DNA of 64,000 bases from Lama glama. Lineage: Eukaryota. The stretch's first letter is position 1, and the number at the start of each line of letters is the position of its first letter. The DNA is taken from contig CM052817.1 in assembly GCA_028534125.1 (NCBI GenBank), positions 61,010,001 through 61,074,000 on the forward strand. The letters are read 5' to 3'. The notes beneath the pieces are model-generated. The model was not told the origin of the DNA and did not search any database. It saw nothing but the letters and a program-made list of their open reading frames with translations. A program made the position numbers and the translations under genes. Positions 1 through 11,509 of this stretch are shown one piece after another.

Positions 1-464
1 CTCCCCCTTAAACAAGTTTTTGTGTTATTATTAGTGTTACAGAGGCTTATATCTTGGAATATAGACAGAAACTTCCTGGTTAACTATGATGGAAGAGACA
101 GAAAGCAGGTATTTAGAATATAAACTAGAGAGGTAGCCACTTGGCTGCAAGAATGAAGAAGAAATGCAGCTCAGCAACAGACTGGGGTCAACACAGATGT
201 GGGAAGGGCCATACCAGGTGGGACGTTTTAGGTGGTCTAACACACTTTCCCCTGTAGGCAGGTGGAGCCCAGTGGCACTATATTCAGGAGAAGCCTACTC
301 AGAATCCAAGTTGGGGGCCAGTGGTGATTAGCTAGGGGCATTGTAACAGTTTGACCAGTTGTCAGGGACTGGATTCCAGATTCCTGGTGGTGTGGAAGAG
401 GAAGAGGGAAAGGCTAGTAGGAATAAGGCAGAGCTTTGGTCCTAAATGGATTGTGGCTCTATGC

Positions 465-692
465 TAGTGGTTCTCAACTGGGAGTGACTTCCCCCCAGGG
501 ACATTTGGCAATGTGTGGACACATTTTTTATTGCCACTGTTTGTAGGGGGAGTGGGGTGGGAGCAACTGGCATCTAGCGGGCAGAGGCCAGGGATGCTGC
601 TAAACCTTCTGTAATGCATTGGACAGACCCCACCACTAACGGTCATCTGGCCCCAAATGTCAATACTCATGCTGTCTAGAAACCCTTCTCTA
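465..692 (+). mobile_element. MER20-like hAT-Charlie non-autonomous DNA transposon
   Basis: Begins TAGTGGTTCTCAACTGGG, contains CCCCAGGGACATTTGGCAATGT and ACTGGCATCTAGCGGGCAGAGGCCAGGGATGCTGCTAAAC, and ends CTGGCCCCAAATGTCAATA...GAAACCCTTCT. These are characteristic MER20 blocks. Confidence 0.88.
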
Positions 693-1221
693 GACACATT
701 TCTAAGACAAAACTTGGACAGAGAACATTGAAGTCTGAACTGGGTTATAAAGTGGGAACCGGGTGCTGGTGCAAACTTGACTAAACAGAGATCAGGATCA
801 GCCTTGAAATGGTTAAAACTTGATACTGCATCCTCAGGTCTTAGGCCAGAATTAGGCAATGCGCTACAGAGGGAAAAAGGAAGCCTACATCCAACTGTAA
901 GTTTCTGTGGTTCAAAAAAGTTTTATAAGCTTGACTTCCTTGCATGTAAAAGTGATACAACAGTGTCAGATCAGAGGGATATTGTGAAGATCACATGAGG
1001 CAATACAGCTAAAATGCCTACCATCTGACTTAGGACATCATTACACTAGGACAGCATGAAAGTTGCTGCACTGAACATGTGATATAGAAACTATGTATAC
1101 TCTTGGCAAATCAACAAAATATCTTGTGTCTTAATCTAATGAACATTTATAACTACTTGCACTCATTATTTGGCCTCTCGGCTACACTCACGACTGCAGT
1201 TGCTACGCTGTGTTCTAATTG

Positions 1222-1370
1222 CTGCTCCATTATCTGTCTTCCCAACTAGATGTGTATAAGCTGCAGAGGTGCAGGGGTGGCGTCTTTCCCATTCACGCAT
1301 AACCCCCGTGCCCAGCACACTGCCCGGCACATAAATAAATACAAAGGTTTCCAATAAATGAATGAACAAA
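1222..1370 (+). mobile_element. LINE-2 3' end fragment
   Basis: TCTGTCTTCCCAACTAGATG...GCCCAGCACACTGCCCGGCACATA...AATAAATGAATGAA matches the L2 3' terminus with its (TGAA)n tail. Confidence 0.7.
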
Positions 1371-3674
1371 ACCTAGTTAAATAACCTCTACTCAACCAGA
1401 AGGCAGGAGTGCTATTTATTATACATATTGCAGAATTCTTCTATGATGCCTATAAGCAACAGAAAGTTCTAGGTCAATTTCAATTAAAAATCTGCTTTCT
1501 TCACAGTGGCTCCGTTCCTACTTAATTGTGGCACCCACTCAGTTGAATGCACATGCCCAGGGAATTCTCTAGGAAGCAGAGCTACATCCATGAAGAATCT
1601 CTGCCTTTCAGATCAATACTTCTAAGCACTAGAGGGTTGGGAAGATGGTTACTCAATCCTCACTCTGAAAGAAAAACACGTTTCTAAGTGTTGGGATCTA
1701 CCATCATGCTCTTACTCAGCCTGGTTATCTTAAATGCTTGGCCCGGTGCCAGGCATGCAGTAGGTACTCGACCATAAATGTTTGTTTAAATAAATTATTT
1801 AAAACATAGAATAGATTCCAACTTCCCTTTTCACAAACTTCTAGAACTATTTATTTTCCTATATTCATAAAGCCACAAAGCGTAGAAGGCATAGTTTGTC
1901 ATCAAATTTTATATGACACGTCTAAAGCTCTCAGGTACTTTAACAGCAAATTTATTTGAAACATAAGGCTGTCAACAGTGTGTGCAAATTTAAGATATTT
2001 AATCTTTAAATGTATTGCATTTGACTTTGTAGTAAAATAACTAAGTGTTACTACGCATTATCAGATTTAAAGTTTCTTCTTCGGAGGTCAGTAGACTGAA
2101 ATCTGTACCATAAAGCTGTCATCTGTGAACAAGTACTGATCTACACACACACACAGTAATGGCTCCTGGACCTGTGTATCCTCGGAAGAATGTGCATCCT
2201 TGCATAAAGGAAATGTCACAATAAAAAAGGGATTATATATACATAAAAGTTGCTTCTACATTTAAAGCAGCAGTCTGATTCAGTTATAATCATCTATACA
2301 AGTAGAAAGTAAAAGACCAAAAACTTTATCATAGTTACCCTTTAAGAAAAGAAAGTTTTTAAAAAGCATTATCGTAGCCCATTTATTGAGCATTTTATTT
2401 TATAAAACACTTTTACTCATTGCCTCATTTTAGACATTTAATGTGGACATAATTCATTGGACTAAACCTGAAACACTATGTTATTTAAAATACCTTTCCT
2501 TTTTGTTTTTAAGGAGAAGTCTATGAGTCGGACATAGTTAAAATGAGATGAGTTGTGAAATATCATGCTCAATTCTCAAGAAATATGTAATGAAAGCTGA
2601 TAAGATTAAAATCATTTTCCATTGTGGCTGTTCATATACCATATATTAAGGAGTTCCCTATATAGAAACATACAGGTTTAAAAGAAGTATATATCTTATT
2701 ACCATCCTCTTAAAGTTTTCATTTAACAAATAAAAAGATATCTGACGCTTGAATTAAAGGTCAATGAAACAGTGAAGGCCCGTGGGTCAAGTACAAAGAA
2801 GTCCCAGTGAAGTCGAACTTCACTGGTCTGAGTCTAACTTGCCGTACATAACCATAGTTAGCATACGCTTTCTACACAGTTGGTAGTAATCAGATACATA
2901 TTTAATGTGGTTTCATTATATCCTATAAATGCTGGCAATAGAATAATCTCCCCAGGGTATTCGGTGAATAATAGAAAAGCGAAAATGATGAGCACGTTCA
3001 GCACATGCACCCACAACCTCATGATAAAAGGCACCATTTCCCCCATACAGCACCTGTTGTCATAGCTGCTTTAATTACTTTTCATTGTAGTCAGCAGCCT
3101 GAAATATTTATCATGGAGCCTATAATTTCCCAAATCCCAAACTGACATCTACTCAAGTGGCTACAGGAACTGAAATTTTACTCACTCCTACTTCTGAGCT
3201 GAACTAGTAACTTCAAAAGCTCTAAACAAAATATCTTGCAGGGAACCTTCACTCTGTTGGGAGACCTGGTACAAGACTACATGTTTACACAACATTCAAA
3301 AGGCAGCGTATCACATCACATTTTGACTGAAGTAAAAGACAGAAATAATTTCACTTTAAAATATCCAAACGTTCAATGTGCTAAAATAAAAGAGAAAGCA
3401 AATTTAAAGATTTTTGTAAATAAGCACCAACCCAAAACATATTCAGTCAACATTTCTAGGACTTACTCTCCCAACCAGGTTAATATGAAATTAGGTTTGA
3501 TTTTTGCACCTCTTTCCTCCAGTGTATTACTGGTTATAAATCTTGTGCTTTCGCTATGTTCTTTTGATAGAGAAGAATGTTGTGATCTAGAATAAAGTTT
3601 AGCTGTTTTTTTAATCTTATTTAATAAAAATGTATTTGAATTTGTATATTACATATTACTTACTACAGTGTCCT

Positions 3675-3885
3675 GCTGTAATGCTACACAAACATTAACT
3701 CATTTACTCCTAATAGCAGTCCTATGAGGCAACAACTATTATTTTCTCTACTTTATAAGTGAAGAAATTGAGGTACAGAGAGATCAAATAATTTGCCCAC
3801 AGTCACTAAGGCCAGTTAGTGGCAGACAGGGATTCAAACTCAGATAGTTTGGCTCCAGAATCTGTGTTCTTACCTTTTACACACT
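3675..3885 (-). mobile_element. MIR SINE
   Basis: Reverse MIR core: CCTATGAGG...GAAGAAATTGAGGTACAGAGAGATCAAATAATTTGCCCACAGTCAC...GGATTCAAACTCAG...GGCTCCAGAATC. Confidence 0.85.
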
Positions 3886-4180
3886 AAAAGCCAATTTAAT
3901 TTCCTATGAAGGTCCTTATGGTTAGAAAAATAATTTCATATAAACCTCATTAATTCAGTTTGTGAATAAGAAAACCAGTTTCAACGATTAGCTTAGCATA
4001 AGCCAGGGTCAAAAATAAATTTTACATAACAACTAAGTAAATACTCATATCCACACAGACACAAACAAAATCAAGACAAAAGTATCACAAATCAAGATTA
4101 CCCTTACCACATACATACTGTGTTTCATTTTTTAAATGCTGCTTTCTAACCAAGTAATTTGTTTTCACAGGATGCTAACA

Positions 4181-4342
4181 CAGTGTTTCTCATACTTAAG
4201 CTACCTGCCCAAATTGCCTAGGGAGATTTTAAAACTAAGGAATGTGTGAACCCCACTGCAACAATTAAATTAGAATCTCTGGGGAATAGCATTTTAAAAG
4301 CTATCCAGGAGATATCAAGAAGTCACCATGGTTAAGAAGAGT
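4181..4342. mobile_element. MER5-like hAT-Charlie MITE (degenerate)
   Basis: CAGTGTTTCTCA start, AAATTAGAATCTCTGGGG and GCATTTTAAAAGCTATCCAGGAGAT blocks. Confidence 0.6.
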
Positions 4343-7300
4343 CAAATATACTAAATGTTATTATCTCTAGCTGAATACAGGACTTTGTGTGGCAGGATTT
4401 CTGGATTATTTTACGTTAGCATAGTTTTGTATGCTATAAAGACCTAGTAATTTCTTGAAGAAGTGTGACAATATTTTGTTTTCACAAGTAGCTTAATATT
4501 CATTCTTTAATCTTATTTATACTGTTACCACCTAACCTAACCTTTCTTCATTGATCCCTAAAAGATATTTAAACCCAGAGCATACCTGAATATTACCAAT
4601 CAGTGGGTCTTGAATCAACAAGGTCTTATTTTAAATGGGCAGTTAAATTATGGAAAGAAAACAATGGCTCTTTGCCCAAGATTGGATTAAGATGAATAAT
4701 TTTTTAGTTCAACACAAAACATGTTGCCTGGTTAATTCTGTATCTGTATTTCCTTCCTTTTATTTTCATCCTTTCTTCCCAAAATCATGTGATTGTCTAC
4801 AAGCAAAAAATTAATATTACAAACTAATTTAAAGTTTGGAGTTTATCAATGAACTGCCTCACTGAAAAAGTGCTGTGGCTGCAAGTTTGATGTGCATTAA
4901 CAAACTCGTCCTTAGAAGACAAGACCAGGGTCTGCTGCTGCACTATGACTGAAACAGAGGTCACCTCATCTGACGTGCTGGAGTGGAAGGAAGCCACAGA
5001 TGCAGGTGGAAGACTGCTAAAACAGGACAGATTGAAACAAGATTTGCCTTAAAGGATTCAGGTCCCCAGTGTGTTAATATGATTTATTTTTCATTTTTGC
5101 TGTCCTTTCATTGGTTCTTTTTTATTGTTGTGGTTTTATGGTTTTCAACCTAAACTGGCAATACCTAAATTTCTCCAGTCAGCGTTCTTCTGTGTTCTCC
5201 ACGGTGAATGACTCTTCCGGATTTATAATTTTCATCAACTTTAAGTTAATTATTAGTTTCCTCGGAGGAAACAGTGGCCACCACTGGCCTCCATTTCAGT
5301 CTCCTCCATCTCAAAACTTAACGCTTACCCACCTCCTTGGTCTCCTCTCCCTTAAATCCCATTCAGACCACTGTAGGCTCGTTTCCTTTTCCCCTGGAGT
5401 CATCCCTAACTTCTGACTTGCCAGGTTCCACATCCTATTTTCAGTAGAAGATCTCTTTTGCATAATGTAATATATCTTATTTACAACTCTTCTAATTTCT
5501 AATTTTTATCAATTGTCTTCATCTGAGCTAAAAATTTCCTTCACCCAATCTACAAAGAAAGGGTTTGGTTAGTAAATTAGCAGTAAATATACCACATCTA
5601 AGGACATTTTAAACCTACTTAATTATCACAAACTATTTTAATGACTTTAACATATAACTTTTTCAGTTAAGATGAGTGCTGCTGATTATGCCTCAGAATA
5701 CCAAAACAATTTTCTTGAAGGATCTTTCCTTGGAAGGATTTTATTAGCATTATTATAAATTATTGTTAAGTCCTTGAAAGTTAGAGCACAGCTTTTCTTC
5801 TAAGTATTTCTTCAGTTTGCTATGGGCCTTGCCTGTAATTAGTTCATGTTGGTGATGTTTACCCCCATTTACATATGTCAAGCTTTTAAACAGAACCACT
5901 TGGCATTTAAAGAATTATTCCAAGTGGGAATACATTTATTTTATGTTTCTTCTCTAGCCTACATGGTAAAAAGCAGTGACATCCTTTGGAGGAGCCATCT
6001 GACTTGCATCCCCCAAATGTGTGTGAATTTTATGTGTCTGTTACACTGTTCTGAACAGGAGTGCTGCAAGGAACTTTTTTCCTGACTGCCAAGACAAAGC
6101 CACCTCCCCAAGCTTGGATATACTTGGAGAAGGAAAAAAAAAAGGAAGACACCAGGTGAGCCAGGCTGGGTTTTTTAAAATTATTATCATTATTTTATTT
6201 TTAAATGTTTGCCAGCTTTGTGAGTCTAGGGTGAGGTTCTCTAAAATCAACAGAGTCTATGTTAAGGCAGCAAGAAAGTACATGTTGTGCTTCCTTCCAT
6301 TGTGAGTTTACACTCACATAACTCTATTCTCTAATCCCAGAGTAGCTCTAAGCAAAACTGTAGACATGTGGGACCTCTGGGTGTTCTTAACACCTCTGAG
6401 GCAGCTGTGAACAGCTTGGCAAGACTGTGGGACACCAAGAGATTTCGGCTTTCTTCTTACCAGCTCCGATAGTCTTGTGTGGTTGTGATCACCCTGATCA
6501 CTGCCCTTTGGATCACTGCCCCTATTTATGCATATGTTTGGGGATTTTCCCTGGCTAGAAGAAGATTTCTGCATTCAGCTCACTTTTGATGACAGAGTTT
6601 ATAAAGATGTGCAAACCTGGGAGACATCTGGTATTTGATGTTCCATTCTGCAAATCAAGACTAAGAACACATGGGAGTGCAGAACAACCATAAAAATGAT
6701 GCTGGCTTTACTGCTTTCATAGATAATGTAATACACGTAGGAGAGTGATACGGTTCTTCAGTGGCATTCTGAAGCAGGACTAGTATAACTGCAAATCGAC
6801 AATTAGGTTTATTCTATTTGCCCCACTTTGTAGTGGTTTCAGTTATTTTACTTTGGCTTGTTTTGGTCTGGCTTTTAACCTCAAAATAAGCCACATTAAA
6901 GAAGGCAGCTTGAAATATCGTAACCTAAGTTAGAGTTCCTCAACACTACTGAACACTAATTCAACGCATACATTGAACACTATTTTAGACTGAGCTGCCG
7001 GAAGTCCCCTGGGGGCAAAACTGCACCAGCTGAGAGCCACTGATCTAAGTCATAGAGAAATCAATAGTACTGAAGAATAATCACTTTCCCCCCCATGTTC
7101 CTTCAAAATCAAAGTTGTTACTGAAAGCTATTTAGGAAAGTAATTGAGTATGTGCAGTGGATAGGTTATCTTATTTTGCATGTATTACATCATCATTACA
7201 AATAAAACTGAACTTTTCTCTCTCTGTCAGTGCTGACTGCTTGAATAACATCCCCTACAAAGACAGGAGACACTGATGATTCCACTTTGCACAGGTCCCA

Positions 7301-8049
7301 ACAAAGCAGTCTGAGATGGGGCACGTGAATAGGACTGCCAATCTTGATAATGAAGGTTACAATAATTTTAGCAAATTCTGGATAGAACAGTCTACATGAT
7401 TAAAGCTGTCAATATTATTATGCCCATGACTGGGCCTTCATCTTATACTTTGACATTACAGTGTGAAGTCAGCTGTAAATAGTCTGAGACTAGGAAAGTA
7501 ACAGCTAAAGTACACTGTGATTTAGTTTTCATGTAATTGGTATTATGAGTTTCTATAAAGGTGAGTTTAGCTCAGAGCTTTGGCCTCAGTGAAAACACTG
7601 CATTACTACGTAACACTAGCTAATTTAACGAATAATGCCCAGAATGCACAATGACTAAAACACAATATAAGTTTATTTATCACTCATATAAAGTTCAAAA
7701 TAGATATTCTTAATTGTGAAGTGATCCCCTTCATGTGATGTTTCAGTTCCTTCCCTTCTGTGGTTTTACCATAGTTAACATATGCCTTCTAAAGTCACTA
7801 CGCTGTTTTCTATCCAGCAAGCAGAAGAGGAAAGAACACGGAAAGTCACACAGGTCGGTTTTTATGGGCCAGCTGTGTAAAATGAAGGAATGGCTGTTGA
7901 AGACTCAGATAAGGTGCCAGTTTAAGGAACATATGTTGTGCGATTTGGACTCTGCCCTCCAGGATGCATGTATTCTTTGAACCAATGGCTGATAAATGAC
8001 GCTGTGTCCCCAAGAGCTAAATATACAAATCGGGAAAACCAAGATGTAG

Positions 8050-9240
8050 AATTAGGATTTACCATGGTTTTTCTTGACCTTCCATGCCCAATGGCTGCTG
8101 CAAGGGGGCAGTAGCCGACTCCTCATGTCAGAAGACCAGCAGGCAGAGACTGGAGTAACCAACCTTGGTTACCATAAGGAACTCAGAGGAGGCACTGGGG
8201 GCCCTTGTCCTCCTTCCATGACCAGATAGCTGTAAGTGGACAACAGCAGAAGCCCTGGTCCTTAAGAAAAGGTAAGCAAGGTCTCAAACCACTTGGGGAT
8301 GGAAGTCACTCTACTGCAAGCAACATGGGCTGCTGAAGTGCTCTCTGAAAAGAGAGAAATCTGGAATAGGTGGTGCAGAAAGAAGATACTGGGTAATCAT
8401 GACAGCGCTGGGACAGACTGCAAGAGATGAACTGTAGCTTCGTTTGTTAACATTCTGGGAAACTGCACCTGGCCACCAGCTTGAAGAATTGGGTTTGCCT
8501 GTTTCTCCTCTGAGGAAAGGGATGGACTGTACTAGTTCCATTTAATAACTACTCCAGACTCACACATCTGCCTTGTTTTCCTGTCAAGATGGCTGTGGCA
8601 GCAGGTTGTGTATCATTGAGCTCATTTGCTGCTGTTTCTGTTGCCACTACTCCAGACTGACATGCAGGGCGACCTAATGCAGAGACCACCAGGGCAGACC
8701 GGTGGGGCCTCTAGCTTCTCTAGCGAGTGTCTGCAAAAGTCAGGTGATACCATCAGAAACACGTGGGAGCTAATGCCCCAAGAGGGACACTGTGCCCATT
8801 GGGAGACAGGGGATAGGAAGGAGCTTCTCCTCTTCCAGGGCAGTGTCCAGCCCAGCAGTACTTTTGTACGGCCTCTCTGACAGCGGCCGGGGGGACAAGC
8901 ACTCGTTGGGCCATAAAGAAGCTGTAGCATTCAGCTCCATCTTCTTTTCTCTCTTTCTCTTTTTCACTTTTTCCTTTCCCACCTCTCATTCTTCTTCCTT
9001 TCTTTCTCATTTCTTCCTCTCCCATTCCCTTCTCTTTCTTCCCTTCCTAAACAATTCAATCCAAAATCTATTAGTTGAGCAAGCTATGCGTCCACAGCAG
9101 GAGGGTTGAAGTGAAGGAAGAAAATCCACGATGGCCCAGAGTGAAGTGTAATACCTGGAAATGGAGTGCCAGAGCCAAGCAAGTGAGGAAACCACCCATG
9201 AAGGGTGGGGGGAAACAGTGGCAAAGCAATTGGCCACATA
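8050..9240 (+). mobile_element. Possible ERVL (class III ERV) internal remnant, gag/RT-like part
   Basis: More GC-rich tract. One frame reads WVIMTALGQTARDEL, loosely like ERVL gag. It is collinear with the clearer RNase H-like remnant that follows the L1 insertion. Heavily decayed. Confidence 0.4.
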
Positions 9241-10560
9241 CGGGGAGATCTCTGAAGTAAGTATATTAAAGATGATGGGAGCCAGGTTTCTCACTGTCAG
9301 AGAGGAGAGTTACACATACAGAAAAAGAGAAAACTGAACTGCACCCTGTGTGTTGAACTGGAATTAAAAATAGAGGGATGAAATCATGACTTTGAAGCTA
9401 TACAGATAGATACAGAAATAAATAATAGATGTGAACGTGTGTGTGTGTGTGTGTGTCTGTATGCACGCGCACGCACGTGTGAGTGTTTTCTAGCTCTGGC
9501 CACTGAGAAAGTCTAGGAGTTGCAACCCTCAAACAGCAATACATACAAATAGGGCCCACATACTGCTTTTTAAATATTCTTTAAGGAACCAGGTCTTTTT
9601 GGAAGAATGGTTGATTCCAAGGCTTGGGCTGAAAAAATACAAGATGTACCTGGAACATCCTGTTCTGCCAAAAAGTAAGGAAGTTCTTAAAAGTGATGAT
9701 GTTTCATTAAGACACAGAAACCAGCCTGACAGCACATAACACAGGCCAGCTCCAGCACAATTTTACATTTTCATGTAATTCATTTCACAGTAATGAATTA
9801 TAATCCATTGAATAAAAAATTTATGATATAATACATCAATGAAACATTTTTAATTTGATGAGAAACAGAATATTTGCACTATTTCCAAGTGACTCATAAC
9901 AAAATACTTATTAATTACAGAGTATGAAGGTGTAACTTTATAGTGGAGAATCCTGAGAGTCACCGCCAAATCAGGTGATCAAAGTTAACCTCACCAATGA
10001 TGGAACAGGTCAAAATCATGCATACTTGATAAGAGTCAATGAAAAGAACACAGCATTGCTTCCGTGATATTCTCACCAAAGATCATAATAACCCAAATCT
10101 AATTATGAGGTAACATCAGACACAGATTAAGGAAGCTTCTACCAGACAACTGGCCTATAATCTTCAAAAATGTCACAGTCATGGGAACCAAGGAAAGACT
10201 GGGGAACAACTCCAAACTGAAAGAGGATAAAGAGACATGACAACTTACAGCAACATGAGATGATGGACCAGATCCTTTTGCTGTAAAGGATGTATCAACG
10301 GGCACAAGTGGAATAACTGAATGGAGTCTTGGGATTAGATGACAGGAATGCATCTGTGAGGATTTTTCTTGGCTTTGACATCTATGTTATGGTTATGTAG
10401 GAGACTATCCTTGTTCGTTGGAAATACACACTAAAGCATCTAAGGGTAATGGGCATTAATGTCGGCAATGTACTCTCAACTAATGCAGGGGTGGCAGGAA
10501 AGTCCCTTATTCCAGTCTTGCAATTTTCTTTTCAATTTGAGATTAATTCCCAATTAAGAA
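9240..10560 (+). mobile_element. Ancient L1 (L1MC/L1MD-type) 3' UTR
   Basis: Diagnostic blocks GATGGGAGCCAGGTTTCTCACTGTCAGAG, GAATGGTTGATTCCAAGGCTTGGGC, GTGATCAAAGTTAACCTCACCAATGATGGAACA, GGAAATACACACTAAAG and TTGCAATTTTCT, with an internal (GT)n at about 9437-9480. Confidence 0.85.
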
Positions 10561-10749
10561 GGGGCAGAAAAGCAGAAACAGCAGAGGCTGTGGCTGGGCT
10601 CATAATACTCTCCTTTGCATTTGCTCTCCCCTCCTTCCGGACTCTCCCTTTTCTCTTTCTCCCGCTCAGGCTTTGTAGCCTAGGGAACCCTTTCTTTCTT
10701 TCGTTTTTCTTTCTTTCTTTCTTTCTTTTTTCTTTTAGGGAACCCTTTC

Positions 10750-11500
10750 TAAGTTGCTGAGCAATTCACAGAGTCTACATTGGCTACTAGACCTATTGAA
10801 TGTGAACTGTTATAATAGGAAATCCAACTGGAAGCCTTTACATCTACATATTTGTACCAAAATAGAAATTCGTAAAAATTTCTTATTTCTGGTGAATTGC
10901 CAGCAGTAGTGTCTCCATTAAAAAAGAAAGAAAGAAAGAAAGAAAAATAGAAAAGAAAAGAAAAACGTAGGAATCCTTATCAATGGTTAAACTATGGGTC
11001 ATGGATGGTTTTATATGATTTGAAGACTGCATACTATCAGCAGGGAGGGCCTGAAGTATGTAGAGAAAGAAATATCTCTGGTGAGAAGAAATGTTCAGGG
11101 TTACATTTGGCTGTCCACTCCATAGCTGGGAGAGCTGGCTAGAGTTAAACATCCACATTACATGGACAGTGGTAGATGGTTTCATCAGATGATCAGGAAC
11201 TTGGAACGGATGAGATTGAGGGACTGAGGAAAAGGAGATCCAAGGAATAGTTAAGTGTAGGGACTCCTCAAAATCAGCAGAGCATTTGAGGATATGGCTT
11301 TCCCGCATGAATGCTCACTAACCACCCCTGCTTCCTACCACTGAAGGGGCCTGTTGAAGACTCAAAGCCATAAAATTTAGGGTTTTGTATGCAATGACAG
11401 GGACCTAGAACACTTAGTAAAACACATGCATCCCAGAGGGTAGTAAACAAATTCTTGAAAGTTGAGGGACAACCACCTCAGGGAATTTCCTGAGAGAAGG
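10750..11500 (+). mobile_element. ERVL-type pol remnant (RNase H region)
   Basis: 11150-11325 (CATGGACAGTGGTAGATGGTTT...TCAGGAACTTGGAA...GATTGAGG...TCCCGCATGAATGCTCAC) resembles the ERVL RNase H segment that ends in the SHVNAH motif. Frameshifted. Confidence 0.6.
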
Positions 11501-11509
11501 CTCAAATTA

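Noticed and set aside
2858..3046. Hydrophobic 62-aa minus-strand ORF containing MRLWVHV, reminiscent of a dynein heavy-chain motif
   Set aside because: The similarity does not extend beyond a few residues, and there are no frame-compatible splice sites.
4944..5051. Short ORF MTETEVTSSDVLEWKEATDAGGRLLKQDRLKQDLP
   Set aside because: Only 35 codons, with no recognisable homology, promoter or splice support.
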